Below, piece after piece: positions 46,644-56,436 of a stretch of DNA of 64,000 nt. The translations under genes were made by a program, and so were the position numbers. The notes below the pieces were generated by a model. That model searched no databases, was not told the DNA's origin, and was given only the letters and a program-made list of their open reading frames with translations. Numbering within the stretch: position 1 is the stretch's first letter; each line of letters opens with the position of its first letter. This DNA comes from Chloroflexota bacterium. GTDB taxonomy: Bacteria > Chloroflexota > Limnocylindria > Limnocylindrales > CSP1-4. The stretch spans positions 11,562-75,561 of the forward strand of contig JANMQO010000004.1 in NCBI GenBank assembly GCA_031370565.1. Reading direction: 5' to 3'.

Positions 46644-47300
46644 ATGACGGCCATCGTACCCACGCTGCGCCACGAGCGCGTCCACTGGCAAGAGGGTCGA
46701 GCCCGCGTCGTCGGGGTCGATGAGGTCGGTGTCGCGCCGACCTGCGGGCCTGTCGTCGCCGCGGCAGTCGTGATGCGGCCGGGCTGCCGGCGCATCCCGG
46801 GCGTACGCGACTCGAAGACGCTGTCGGCCGCGCAGCGCGAGCGATTGGCCGTGGTCATCCGCCGCCGAGCCCTGGCCGTCGGCGTCGGGGCGGCGTCGGT
46901 GAACGAAATCGACCGGCTCAACATCTACCACGCCACCCATCTCGCCATGCGCCGGGCCATCGCCCATGTGGGCGAACACGACCACGTGCTGGTCGACGGA
47001 CTGCGCATCCGCGGTTTCGAGGAGTCGGTCGGTCCCTACACCGCGATCGTCGATGGCGATGCGCTGTGCTACTCGATCGCCTGTGCCTCCGTCGTGGCCA
47101 AGGTCGTCCGCGATCGACTCATGGCCCGGCTGTCCGTCCGCCACCCCGGCTACGGCTGGGAGCGCAACGCGGGGTACCACACCGCCGAGCATCGCGCGGC
47201 CATCCGAGCCCTGGGCGTGACCGTCTTCCACCGGCGCAGCTTCGCCCCGATTCAGGAGGCGCTGCTCGGTATCGAGCAGCCTACCCTCGAGCTCGTCTGA
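46644..47300 (+). CDS. rnhB: ribonuclease HII
   Basis: Motifs VVGVDEVG...GPVVAAAVV, DSKTLS and NIYHATHLAMRRAI. Confidence 0.88.
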   Translation: MTAIVPTLRHERVHWQEGRARVVGVDEVGVAPTCGPVVAAAVVMRPGCRRIPGVRDSKTLSAAQRERLAVVIRRRALAVGVGAASVNEIDRLNIYHATHLAMRRAIAHVGEHDHVLVDGLRIRGFEESVGPYTAIVDGDALCYSIACASVVAKVVRDRLMARLSVRHPGYGWERNAGYHTAEHRAAIRALGVTVFHRRSFAPIQEALLGIEQPTLELV

Positions 47301-47356
47301 GCGGGAGCGTACGCGCAGCTACGTGGCAGGTAAGCGGTCCGCGGCAGACTGGCCGG

Positions 47357-47776
47357 ATGACACTCGACCCGACTTCTTCGCGGACCGTTGCCCAGCGGCT
47401 GGGCGATGCCGCGGAAGCGCTCGTGGCGGATCGCCTCACTGCCGCCGGCTGGACCATCCTCGCTCGGCGACTCCGGGTTGGCCGCAAGGAGATCGACCTG
47501 GCCGCACTCGACCCGGGACCGCCTCGGATGTTCGTCCTGGTCGAGGTCCGCTGGCGCGGGCGCCGGGACTTCGGCCTGCCGGAGGACACGTTCGATGCCC
47601 GCAAGCGGGCCCATCTGCGCGCGGCGATCGGGTGTCTCCTGGAGCTCGGCACGCTGCCTGACGGCCGAGCGCTGCCAGCCGCGCCGGTCCGGCTCGACCT
47701 GATCGTCGTGGAGCCGCCCGTCCAGGTTGGCGGACAGCCACGCGTGCGCCACCATCACGACGCGCTCGGCGGCTGA
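47357..47776 (+). CDS. yraN: YraN family endonuclease (UPF0102)
   Basis: The pattern [37 protein letters not shown]...FVLVEVRWR matches the family. Confidence 0.8.
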   Translation: MTLDPTSSRTVAQRLGDAAEALVADRLTAAGWTILARRLRVGRKEIDLAALDPGPPRMFVLVEVRWRGRRDFGLPEDTFDARKRAHLRAAIGCLLELGTLPDGRALPAAPVRLDLIVVEPPVQVGGQPRVRHHHDALGG

Positions 47777-47823
47777 GCTGCCCGTCGCGTCGGCCGCCGA
47801 CCTGTTGCCGTGTCACCGCCGAC

Positions 47824-47851
47824 TTGTCGCCGACGAACCCTGTGCTACACT
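47824..47851 (+). promoter_or_regulatory. promoter candidate for rpsB-tsf: -35 TTGTCG, 16-nt spacer, extended -10 TGcTACACT
   Basis: TTGTCG lies at 47824-47829 and TG-C-TACACT at 47843-47851. The predicted 5' UTR is about 150 nt. Confidence 0.4.
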
Positions 47852-47938
47852 CCCGGCCGGCCTGCACCTCGTGGGTCGTTCAACGCCCACCCGCAGGGTG
47901 GAGCACACACGCGTGACCGTTCCGACCGGGGCGGTGCC

Positions 47939-48000
47939 GGACCTACGGGTCCAGTTCCCGGCGACGAGGTCCGCGGAGGTCCGAACCGAACAGGAGGTCC
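47939..48000 (+). promoter_or_regulatory. rpsB 5' UTR element: GGACCT anti-SD plus three GAGGTCC repeats, the last being the Shine-Dalgarno
   Basis: GGACCT lies at 47939-47944. GAGGTCC occurs at 47966-47972, 47976-47982 and 47994-48000. GTG 48006 follows 5 nt later. Confidence 0.35.
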
Positions 48001-48005
48001 CGCCC

Positions 48006-48974
48006 GTGCCGACCGTCTCCATGCGCCAGCTGCTCGAGGCGGGTGTCCACTTCGGACACCAGACCCGCCGCTGGAATCCGAAGATGAAGCCATACATCTT
48101 CGCCGAGCGCAACGGCATTCATATCATCGATCTTGCCCAGACGGTCAAGGGTCTTGAGGCTGCATTGGCGGCGGTCACGGACACCGTGGCCCGCGGTGAG
48201 CAGGTCCTCTTCGTCGGCACCAAGAAGCAGGCCCAGGAGCCGGTCGCCCAGGAGGCTGCCCGGGCCGGTCAGCCCTGGATCAACAAGCGCTGGCTCGGTG
48301 GCATGCTCACCAACTTTGTGACGATCAAGAAGCGGGTCGCGCTCATGGAGCAGCTCGAGGCCCGCCAGGCCAACGGCGACTTCGAGCGGATGAGCAAGAA
48401 GGAAGCGGCCAAGCTCCAGGAGGAGCTGACCAAGCTGACCGCCAACCTGGGCGGCATCCGCCGGATGAAGCGCCTGCCGGGCGCGATCTTCGTCGTCGAT
48501 CCCCATCGCGAGCGGATCGCGGTGACGGAATCCAACAAGCTTGAGATCCCGTTGATCGGAACGGGCGACACGAACGTCGACCCGGACGAGCTGACCTACG
48601 TCATTCCGGCCAACGACGACGCGATCCGGGCCATCCGACTGCTCTGTTCGCTGGTCGCCGATGCCGCCATCGAGGGCGCGCGCGAACGCGCGGCACGCTC
48701 GACCGAACCCGAACCCGAACCCGTCATGCCCGAGCCGGACGTGGAGGAGGGCGAGCCCTCGTCCGCCCTGGTGGCCGCCCTGGCCGGTGGCGCTGCGCTC
48801 ACCTTCGAACCCGACGTGGACGATGACGATCTGTTGCCCGGCGCTCGAGCCGGTATCCAGGCGGCGGCCGCCGCTGAGCCAGTCGTGGCGGAAGCCTCCG
48901 CGGACGACATCGCCGCCGAGCTTGCCCGAGAGGCGAGCGAGAAGGCAGAGACCGACGGCCCGCCGGCCGGCTGA
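48006..48974 (+). CDS. rpsB: 30S ribosomal protein S2 (long acidic C-terminal extension)
   Basis: [27 protein letters not shown] parallels E. coli [30 protein letters not shown] 48006 lies 8 nt after GGAGG. Confidence 0.93.
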   Translation: MPTVSMRQLLEAGVHFGHQTRRWNPKMKPYIFAERNGIHIIDLAQTVKGLEAALAAVTDTVARGEQVLFVGTKKQAQEPVAQEAARAGQPWINKRWLGGMLTNFVTIKKRVALMEQLEARQANGDFERMSKKEAAKLQEELTKLTANLGGIRRMKRLPGAIFVVDPHRERIAVTESNKLEIPLIGTGDTNVDPDELTYVIPANDDAIRAIRLLCSLVADAAIEGARERAARSTEPEPEPVMPEPDVEEGEPSSALVAALAGGAALTFEPDVDDDDLLPGARAGIQAAAAAEPVVAEASADDIAAELAREASEKAETDGPPAG

Positions 48975-49078
48975 CCATTCCCGCTGGCGGCGGCAGTGTG
49001 GCGCCGTCCGAAACGAAACCAGGCAGGGCGGGCGCAGCGGAGCGCCCGCACGAGACGGAACAGGAGCACAGGACAGGC

Positions 49079-49678
49079 ATGGCGGACATCTCGGCCCAGG
49101 CGGTCAAGGAGCTGCGCGAGCGGACCGGCGCCGGGTTCATGGACTGCAAGCGCGCGCTGGAAGAGACCGCCGGGGACGTCGACGCGGCCGTTGGGCTGCT
49201 CCGCGAGCGAGGCCAGGCCGCAGCGGCCAAGAAGGCCGGTCGAGACGCCCGCGAGGGCATCGTCGGCAGCTACATTCACACGGGTGGCCGCATCGGCGTG
49301 CTCATCGAGGTCAACTGCGAGACGGACTTCGTGGCTCGCACCGAGCAATTCCAGAAGTTGGTCCGCGACCTGGCCATGCAGGTGGCCGGCATGCGCGCCG
49401 AATTCGTGGATGTGACGGACATCCCGGCGCAGATGCTCGAAGCCAGGCGCTCTGTTCTGCTGGCGGACGAGGCGACGGCCAAGAAGCCGGAAGGGATCCG
49501 ACCCCAGATCGTCGAGGGCCAGCTCAAGAAGTGGTACCGCGAGGTATGCCTCCTCGAGCAGCCCTTCCGCGATACGGACCAGAGCGTTCGCGAGCTGGTG
49601 ACCGGTGCGATCGCCACGATCGGCGAGAACATCCGCGTGCGCCGGTTCACTCGCTACGAGCTCGGTGAGGAGCTGTGA
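49079..49678 (+). CDS. tsf: elongation factor Ts (short ~200-aa form)
   Basis: Motifs [21 protein letters not shown] and [17 protein letters not shown]. Confidence 0.93.
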   Translation: MADISAQAVKELRERTGAGFMDCKRALEETAGDVDAAVGLLRERGQAAAAKKAGRDAREGIVGSYIHTGGRIGVLIEVNCETDFVARTEQFQKLVRDLAMQVAGMRAEFVDVTDIPAQMLEARRSVLLADEATAKKPEGIRPQIVEGQLKKWYREVCLLEQPFRDTDQSVRELVTGAIATIGENIRVRRFTRYELGEEL

Positions 49679-50439
49679 TCGAACCTGAGCTGGCCTCGAC
49701 TGGTACTGACGCCGCGGGATTGCGCTACCGCCGGATCCTGCTCAAGTTGTCCGGCGAGGCGCTCCTGGGTGACCGCCAGTACGGCGTCGATCCGGAGTTC
49801 TGTCGAACGATCGCGGAGCAGATCGCCAGGGTGAAGGCGGTCGGTGTCGAAATCGGAATCGTGGTCGGCGGCGGCAATATCTTCCGCGGCCTGGCGGCCT
49901 CGGCCCGGGGCATGGACCGGGCGACCGGCGACTACATCGGCATGCTGGCGACCGTGATGAACGGGCTGGCCCTGCAGGACGCCCTGGAGAAAGTCGGCGT
50001 CCCTACTCGCGTGATGACCGCGATCGCCATGCACGAAGTGGCCGAGCCATACATCCGCCGCCGTGCGGTCCGACACCTCGAGAAGGGTCGGGTGACGATC
50101 TTCGTGGCCGGCACAGGCAACCCGTACTTCACGACCGATTCGGCCGCGGCGCTGCGTGCCATCGAGATCGGCGCCGACGTGCTGCTCAAGGCCACCAAGG
50201 TGGACGGTGTCTACGATGCGGACCCGATGACGCATCCGGGCGCTCGGCGCTACGCTGAGCTGGTCTACGCGGATCTGCTTCGCGACCAGCTCAAGGTGAT
50301 GGATGCAGCCGCCGTGTCGCTGTGCATGGAGAATGACCTGCCGATCGTCGTATTCGACCTGCACGAGCCGGACAACATCGTCCGAGTCGCCCTGGGCGAA
50401 GCCGTCGGAACCGTCATTTCTGGAGGCAATCGGCAATGA
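49675..50439 (+). CDS. pyrH: UMP kinase
   Basis: Motifs [22 protein letters not shown] and [17 protein letters not shown]. The start forms a GTGA overlap with the tsf stop. Confidence 0.95.
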   Translation: MIEPELASTGTDAAGLRYRRILLKLSGEALLGDRQYGVDPEFCRTIAEQIARVKAVGVEIGIVVGGGNIFRGLAASARGMDRATGDYIGMLATVMNGLALQDALEKVGVPTRVMTAIAMHEVAEPYIRRRAVRHLEKGRVTIFVAGTGNPYFTTDSAAALRAIEIGADVLLKATKVDGVYDADPMTHPGARRYAELVYADLLRDQLKVMDAAAVSLCMENDLPIVVFDLHEPDNIVRVALGEAVGTVISGGNRQ

Positions 50440-50993
50440 GCAGCGAGACCCTCGTCTCGGTCGAACGGAAGATGGCCCGCGCTGTGGAGGCCATGGAGCG
50501 CGACTTCCAGGGACTGCGCACCGGCCGCGCCTCCACCTCGCTCGTGGAGCGCCTCGTCGTCGAGTACTACGGCACGCCCACGCCGCTCAACCAGCTGGCC
50601 GGGATCAGCGTGCCAGAGGCGCATCAAATCGTCATCCAGCCCTGGGACCGGGGTGTCCTGGGCGCGATCGAGAAGGCCATCCTCAAGAGTGACATCGGGC
50701 TCATGCCGACCGTCGATGGGGCAGTCGTCCGGCTCAATATCCCTCCGCTTACGGAGGAGCGTCGACGCGATATCGTCAAGACCGTGCACAAGCGGATGGA
50801 AGAGGCCCGGGTCGAAATCCGGAACCTGCGCCGGGAAGCCAATGATGCGCTCAAGAAAGAAGAGCGTGACGGCGACCTCGGCACGGACGCCGCGCACAAG
50901 GAGCTCGAGGCGCTCCAGAAGCTGACCGACCGAGAGGTCGGCGAAGTGGACCGGATCGGCACCCACAAGGAGCACGAGGTGCTCGAGGTCTAG
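50436..50993 (+). CDS. frr: ribosome recycling factor
   Basis: Motifs [25 protein letters not shown] and LQKLTD. The start forms an ATGA overlap with the pyrH stop. Confidence 0.95.
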   Translation: MSSETLVSVERKMARAVEAMERDFQGLRTGRASTSLVERLVVEYYGTPTPLNQLAGISVPEAHQIVIQPWDRGVLGAIEKAILKSDIGLMPTVDGAVVRLNIPPLTEERRRDIVKTVHKRMEEARVEIRNLRREANDALKKEERDGDLGTDAAHKELEALQKLTDREVGEVDRIGTHKEHEVLEV

Positions 50994-51799
50994 TGGCCCG
51001 TTCGCCGCTGGCCCGACCTACCGACGCCCCACCGATCGCGCATGCGGCAGACGCCGCCGAGGTCGACCTGCCGGTGACCGCCAGCGTTGGCCAACCAGAC
51101 AGGCTGGTGCCCCTCGACGAGTCGCCCCGTCACGTGGCGATCATCATGGATGGCAATCGGCGCTGGGCCCGCGCCCGGGGACGTTCGGAGATCGAGGGCC
51201 ACATGGCCGGCGTGGAGGCCATCCGAGGACTGCTCCGCCACGCTGTTCGGCGCGCCGTGCCCGTGCTCACGCTGTACGCCTTCAGCCGCGAGAACTGGGC
51301 CCGCTCCGACGACGAGGTGACCGGCCTGTTCGGGCTGCTCGAGTCGGCTATCCGGAGCGAAACGGACGAGCTGCGTCGGCAGGGTGTCCGGGTGCGCCTG
51401 CTCGGTCGACTGGACGAACTTCCCAGCGAGACTCGAAGTTCGATTGAGGCGGCGCTGGCGGCCACCATCCAGGGCGACCGACTATTGCTCAACGTCGCCT
51501 TCAACTATGCCGGTCGCACTGAGTTGGTCGACGCCTTCCGGACCCTGGCCGCGAGCGGCATCCAGCCCGGCCAGATCGACGAGGCGACGGTGAGTGGCGC
51601 GCTGTACACCGCCGGACTGCCAGATCCGGACCTGGTCATTCGGACCGGCGGCGATCAGCGGCTGAGCAACTTTCTCATCTGGCAGTCCGCCTACGCTGAG
51701 CTCTCGTTCAGCCCGTTGCTCTGGCCGGACTTTGGGCCGGACGCGTTCGATCAGGCGTTGCTCGAGTTCGCCAGGCGCACTCGCCGGTACGGACGGTAG
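50993..51799 (+). CDS. uppS: undecaprenyl (isoprenyl) diphosphate synthase
   Basis: Motifs HVAIIMDGNRRWA, LTLYAFSRENW and RTGGDQRLSNFLIWQSAYAE. GTG 50993 overlaps the frr TAG by 1 nt, but the start could be further downstream. Confidence 0.9.
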   Translation: MARSPLARPTDAPPIAHAADAAEVDLPVTASVGQPDRLVPLDESPRHVAIIMDGNRRWARARGRSEIEGHMAGVEAIRGLLRHAVRRAVPVLTLYAFSRENWARSDDEVTGLFGLLESAIRSETDELRRQGVRVRLLGRLDELPSETRSSIEAALAATIQGDRLLLNVAFNYAGRTELVDAFRTLAASGIQPGQIDEATVSGALYTAGLPDPDLVIRTGGDQRLSNFLIWQSAYAELSFSPLLWPDFGPDAFDQALLEFARRTRRYGR

Positions 51800-51807
51800 G
51801 CGAGGGC

Positions 51808-52662
51808 ATGGCGGAGCGCACACGGAGCGCCGCCATCTTCGTGCCGCCACTGTTGGTCGTGGTCGTGCTGGGCGGCCCCTGGATCACGGCCCTCGTCCTG
51901 CTTGTGGGCGGCCTGGCCGCGTACGAAGCCCTGCGTCTGTTGCGGGCCGCGGGCTATCCGGTCCTGGTCGGGTTGGGGGTGACCATCGCCTTGGCGCTCA
52001 TCGCCGATGCGGCGGTGCCGGTGGACCTGGCAGGTTCGGCGGCCCTTGTTGCGGCCGTGGCGATGGTCCTCGCCGCCGTGGGCGCCTTCGGTCGGGCGGA
52101 TCCTCGGGAAGGCCTCGCCGGCTGGCTGGGCACGGTCCTGGGAGGCACCTACGCGGGCATGCTCGGCTTCATCGTCCGGATCGGCCTGCAGGCTCCGCCA
52201 CTCCCGACTGGCGCAGCGCTGGCGACGCTGGGTGCGCAGCGTGGCTGGGTCCTGCTGCTCATCCTGGCTGTCTGGGCCTACGACACCGGCGCCTACCTGG
52301 CGGGCCGAACCTTCGGAGCGCGCGTCGGTCGCCTGTTCGGCCGGGAGCGATTTCTGGAGCAGCTCTCGCCCTCCAAGACGTACGCCGGGCTGTTCGGTGG
52401 TCTGCTCGCCGGCAGCCTTGTCATGTGGCTCGGTCTGTGGGCGCTCGGTGCGCCGGTCTGGCACGCCGTACTGCTCGGTCCGGCCGTGGGCCTGGCCGCT
52501 CAGGCCGGTGATCTGGCCGAGTCAATGCTCAAACGGGCGGCCGGCACCAAGGACTCGGGCCGCCTCCTGCCCGGCCATGGCGGCGTGCTTGATCGCGTCG
52601 ATTCGTTCCTGTTCGCCGCGCCCGTGCTGAGCCTGTACGTCGTGGCCTTCCTGCCGCGATGA
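51808..52662 (+). CDS. cdsA: phosphatidate cytidylyltransferase
   Basis: Polytopic protein with SPSKTYAGLFGG and GHGGVLDRVDS motifs. A GAGGG Shine-Dalgarno lies upstream. Confidence 0.9.
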   Translation: MAERTRSAAIFVPPLLVVVVLGGPWITALVLLVGGLAAYEALRLLRAAGYPVLVGLGVTIALALIADAAVPVDLAGSAALVAAVAMVLAAVGAFGRADPREGLAGWLGTVLGGTYAGMLGFIVRIGLQAPPLPTGAALATLGAQRGWVLLLILAVWAYDTGAYLAGRTFGARVGRLFGRERFLEQLSPSKTYAGLFGGLLAGSLVMWLGLWALGAPVWHAVLLGPAVGLAAQAGDLAESMLKRAAGTKDSGRLLPGHGGVLDRVDSFLFAAPVLSLYVVAFLPR

Positions 52663-53885
52663 GCCCGTGGACGGCTGGTGGGCGTACGCCGGGTGTGGCC
52701 CTGCTCGGGTCGGCTGGGTCCGTGGGACGGCAGGCCGTCGAGGTACTGGCTGCGCTCGGCGACGCCGTCCGCGTGGTCTGCCTGGCCACCGGCAGCCAGG
52801 CGCGAGTACTGGAGGCACAGGCGCGCCGACTCCACCCGGCGCTGGTGGCGCTGCCTGGCGATCCAGCCGCCGAGCGCACCCTGGATCTGCCCGTGGGTGT
52901 CCGCGTCGCGACGGGTCCCGAGGCGCTGGTCGCGCTGGCCACCCATCCGGACGTGGACCTGGTGGTCGTCGCGACCGGTGGGATGGTCAGTCTGCGACCG
53001 GTCCTGGCGGCGCTGCGCGCGGGCAAGGTGGTGGCTACGGCGAACAAGGAGACCCTGGTGGCGGGCGGACACCTGGTCATGCCTGCGGCGCGTGCCCTGG
53101 CTGCGACCGTGGCCGCCGTCCGTCCGGGCGATCCCATGGCCAGTGCGCTGGCCTGGTTGCGGCCCATCGACTCGGAACACTCCGCCCTCTGGCAATGCCT
53201 GGTCGGCGAACGGATGGCCGACGTAGCCCGGCTCATCCTGACGGGTTCGGGCGGGCCGTTCCGCGAGACCAGCGCCGCCGAGCTCGAGGTGGTCACGCCG
53301 GAGCGTGCGCTGCGCCATCCGATCTGGTCGATGGGTGCCAAGATCAGCATCGACTCGGCTACCCTGGCCAACAAGGGGCTGGAGGTCATCGAGGCGCACT
53401 GGCTGTACGATGTCGGCTACGACGTGATCGACGTGGTCATCCACCCGCAGGGCATCATCCACTCCGCCGTCCAGTTCGTCGACGGTTCGCTCAAGGCCCA
53501 GCTCGGCAACCCGGACATGCGCCTGCCCATTCAATACGCCGTGACCTACCCCACCCGGCAACCGTCAGCCGCGCCAGCTCCGGATCTGGCCACCATCGGA
53601 CGGCTCGACTTCGCACCGCCTGATGAGACCCGTTTTCCCGCCCTGCGGATCGCTCGTGAGGCGGGCCGGATCGGGTCGCGCGCGACGGCCGCGCTCATTG
53701 CCGCAGACGAGGTGGCCGTCGGCCGGTTTCTGGCCGGTTCACTCGACTTCCCGGGCATCGCCCGGACCCTGGAGGATGCCGTGGACCGCTTCGGACCGGG
53801 ACCGGATCAGCAACCGGACGTCGCGGAGCTGCTCGCGCTTGAGGCCGAGGTACAGGCGGTCTATCGGACCGGCGGGCCGGCCTGA
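52659..53885 (+). CDS. dxr: 1-deoxy-D-xylulose 5-phosphate reductoisomerase
   Basis: Motifs VALLGSAGSVGRQ, ANKETLV, PIDSEHSAL and WSMGAKISIDSATLANKGLEVIEA. Confidence 0.95.
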   Translation: MSPWTAGGRTPGVALLGSAGSVGRQAVEVLAALGDAVRVVCLATGSQARVLEAQARRLHPALVALPGDPAAERTLDLPVGVRVATGPEALVALATHPDVDLVVVATGGMVSLRPVLAALRAGKVVATANKETLVAGGHLVMPAARALAATVAAVRPGDPMASALAWLRPIDSEHSALWQCLVGERMADVARLILTGSGGPFRETSAAELEVVTPERALRHPIWSMGAKISIDSATLANKGLEVIEAHWLYDVGYDVIDVVIHPQGIIHSAVQFVDGSLKAQLGNPDMRLPIQYAVTYPTRQPSAAPAPDLATIGRLDFAPPDETRFPALRIAREAGRIGSRATAALIAADEVAVGRFLAGSLDFPGIARTLEDAVDRFGPGPDQQPDVAELLALEAEVQAVYRTGGPA

Positions 53886-54979
53886 TGCTCGCCGTCGTGC
53901 AGTCCGCCATCACGATCGTCATCTTCATCGTCATGCTCGGCGCGCTGGTCGTCATCCACGAGCTGGGGCACTTCCTGACGGCTCGCCTGGCCCGCGTCCG
54001 CGTCCTCGAGTTCGGCATCGGCTTCCCGCCCCGGGCGCGGGTGCTGCGCTCGGGTGGCGAGACGCTGTGGACGCTCAACTGGCTGCCGATCGGGGGCTTC
54101 GTCCGGCTCGAAGGCGAAGACGGTGACTCCGACGATCCGCGTTCATTTGTGCGAGCCAGCCTGCCGGTCAAGTTGATCATCCTGGTGGCGGGTGTGGCGA
54201 TGAACGTGCTGCTCTCGTTCGCGATCTTCTTCGCCATCGCCTGGCTGGCCAACCCGACGCTCAACCTCACCGTTCGTGCTGTCCAGGCGAACTCGCCGGC
54301 CATGGTCGCGGGCATCGTGGTGGGCGATCGGATCGTCTCGTTCGACGGCCAGCCGTTCGACGCGTTCGGCGACGCGACCGGTGCCCCGGGGTCGATCCTG
54401 CGGGCACACGCGGGCCAGACCGTGGGACTGGGGATCGTGCGGGCCGATGGGACCGCCCAGACGGTCGTTGCCACCCTGCGGCCCCCGGCGCAAGTGGTCG
54501 GCGGCCAGGGTGCCCTCGGGATCACCTTCGGCAGCGCGGCCACGGGGCACTATTTCCAGCGATCCCCGATCGACGCAGCGGGCATCGCGGCTACCCGCAC
54601 CGGACAGGCGCTGTCGCTCATTCTCAATGGGCTGGGACAGCTGGGCAGCTCCATCGTCAACCACCCAACCGAGGCGCCGCCCGTCGCCGGTCCCATCGGG
54701 ATCGCCAGCCAGGTCGGCGATGTGTTCTGGCAGCTTGGCCCGATCTTCACGCTCTACCTGGCCGGGATCTTGTCGGCCAACCTGGCCCTGGTCAACATCC
54801 TGCCTTTCCCGCCGCTCGACGGCGGGCGGGTGGCGGTGCTCCTGCTCAAGCGGCTGACCGGCGAACGGATCAGCCTGCGGGTCGAGCGGCTGACCTACCT
54901 GGTCGGGTTCAGCACGCTCATGGCGTTCCTGGTCTGGATCACGTTCTTTGACATCACGGCACCGGGACGCGGACAGTGA
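53885..54979 (+). CDS. rseP: RIP metalloprotease RseP (site-2 protease, single PDZ)
   Basis: Contains [10 protein letters not shown] (the HExxH motif), a PDZ region, and [15 protein letters not shown] at the C-terminus. Confidence 0.92.
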   Translation: MLAVVQSAITIVIFIVMLGALVVIHELGHFLTARLARVRVLEFGIGFPPRARVLRSGGETLWTLNWLPIGGFVRLEGEDGDSDDPRSFVRASLPVKLIILVAGVAMNVLLSFAIFFAIAWLANPTLNLTVRAVQANSPAMVAGIVVGDRIVSFDGQPFDAFGDATGAPGSILRAHAGQTVGLGIVRADGTAQTVVATLRPPAQVVGGQGALGITFGSAATGHYFQRSPIDAAGIAATRTGQALSLILNGLGQLGSSIVNHPTEAPPVAGPIGIASQVGDVFWQLGPIFTLYLAGILSANLALVNILPFPPLDGGRVAVLLLKRLTGERISLRVERLTYLVGFSTLMAFLVWITFFDITAPGRGQ

Positions 54980-56238
54980 CCGACGGGGCCATCTTCCAGC
55001 CGATCCGCCGTGCGACGGTGACGGTCGATGTCGGCGGCGTTCCGGTCGGCTCGGCTCAGCCAATCGTCGTCCAGTCGATGACGAACACGGACACGGCCGA
55101 CCCGCACGCCACGGCCATCCAGGTTGCCCGCCTGGCGCACGCCGGCAGCCAGCTGGTCCGGGTGACGGTCAATGCCGAGGCGGCCGCTGCGGCAGTTCCG
55201 GAGGTGGTCCGGCGTGTCCGAGACCTCGGTGTGGATGTCCCGATCGTTGGCGATTTTCACTACAACGGCCACCTGCTGCTCACTCGCTTTCCGGAGATGG
55301 CGGCGGCGCTGGCCAAGTACCGGATCAATCCGGGCAACGTCGGGGCGAAGCGCCACGACGAACATTTCCAGGCCATCGTCCGGGTCGCGATCGAGCGCGA
55401 CAAGCCAGTCCGAATCGGGGTCAACTGGGGCTCCCTCGATCAGGCCCTGCTGACCGAGCTGATGGACGCCAACGCTCGAACGGCCGAGCCGCGCGATGCC
55501 CGCGACGTGATGATCGAGGCGATGGTCGAATCCGCCCTGCGCTCGGCCGAGCTGGCGGAAGCGACAGGCCTGGCCCACGATCGGATCATCTTGAGCGCCA
55601 AGGTGAGCGGCGTGCGGGACCTGGTCGATGTCTACCGACGCCTGGCCGCGCGCTCGAATCAGCCGCTCCACCTGGGCTTGACCGAAGCGGGTATGGGCAT
55701 GCGCGGGATCGTCGCCTCGACCGCTGGCCTGAGCCTGCTGCTGGCTGAAGGGATCGGCGACACGATCCGGGTGTCCCTGACGCCCGAGCCGGGAGCTGGC
55801 CGGGAACTCGAGGTGGAGGTCGCCCAGCAGATCCTGCAGTCGCTTGGGCTGCGCTCTTTCGTGCCCCAGGTGAGTGCCTGCCCGGGCTGCGGTCGGACCA
55901 CCTCGACGTTCTTCCAGGAGATGGCCCGCGACATCCAGGATCATCTCAAGGAACGGATGGCAACCTGGCGCGCGACCTATCCGGGCGTCGAGGAGCTGCG
56001 CGTGGCGGTCATGGGCTGCGTGGTCAACGGACCGGGCGAGAGCAAACACGCCGACATCGGGATCAGCCTGCCAGGCACGTTCGAGGAGCCGGTTGCCCCT
56101 GTCTTCATTGACGGACGGTTGGACCGGACACTGCGCGGCGAGGCCATCGTGGGCGACTTCCTGGCGATCCTCGACGAGTACGTGGACAACCGATTTGGCA
56201 CGTTCCCAACGGCGACACGCGCCGAAGCCGAGGGCTGA
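54976..56238 (+). CDS. ispG: 4-hydroxy-3-methylbut-2-en-1-yl diphosphate synthase
   Basis: Motifs [28 protein letters not shown] and [10 protein letters not shown]. The start forms a GTGA overlap with the rseP stop. Confidence 0.95.
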   Translation: MTDGAIFQPIRRATVTVDVGGVPVGSAQPIVVQSMTNTDTADPHATAIQVARLAHAGSQLVRVTVNAEAAAAAVPEVVRRVRDLGVDVPIVGDFHYNGHLLLTRFPEMAAALAKYRINPGNVGAKRHDEHFQAIVRVAIERDKPVRIGVNWGSLDQALLTELMDANARTAEPRDARDVMIEAMVESALRSAELAEATGLAHDRIILSAKVSGVRDLVDVYRRLAARSNQPLHLGLTEAGMGMRGIVASTAGLSLLLAEGIGDTIRVSLTPEPGAGRELEVEVAQQILQSLGLRSFVPQVSACPGCGRTTSTFFQEMARDIQDHLKERMATWRATYPGVEELRVAVMGCVVNGPGESKHADIGISLPGTFEEPVAPVFIDGRLDRTLRGEAIVGDFLAILDEYVDNRFGTFPTATRAEAEG

Positions 56239-56245
56239 CACCGAG

Positions 56246-56274
56246 GCATCCGGCCCGAGTTCCGGGCCGGATGC
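56246..56274 (+). terminator. perfect 12-bp GC hairpin 8 nt after the ispG stop (no U tract)
   Basis: GCATCCGGCCCG-AGTTC-CGGGCCGGATGC. Confidence 0.4.
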
Positions 56275-56289
56275 GACGGGGACCTCTGT

Positions 56290-56319
56290 TTGGGGCCGGC
56301 GGCCGTCCCGGTGTATAGT
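56290..56319 (+). promoter_or_regulatory. promoter-like TTGGGG, 18-nt spacer, TATAGT between the two hairpins upstream of nusA
   Basis: TTGGGG lies at 56290-56295 and TATAGT at 56314-56319. This is the most AT-rich hexamer in the spacer. Confidence 0.3.
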
Positions 56320-56344
56320 GCCCACAACTGAACGGCCGCTCCTG

Positions 56345-56371
56345 ACGTGGGTGACCCCCACGTTTCTTTTT
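56345..56371 (+). terminator. canonical intrinsic terminator (7-bp stem, 5-nt loop, U tract) 66 nt upstream of nusA
   Basis: ACGTGGG-TGACC-CCCACGT followed by TTCTTTTT. It is the only hairpin with a T5 run I could find in the whole window. Confidence 0.6.
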
Positions 56372-56436
56372 GAGCGGGCCACACTTTGCGTTGGACCGTG
56401 ACCGTCGGTAGTAGTCCTGAAGGGAGGCAGCACAGC

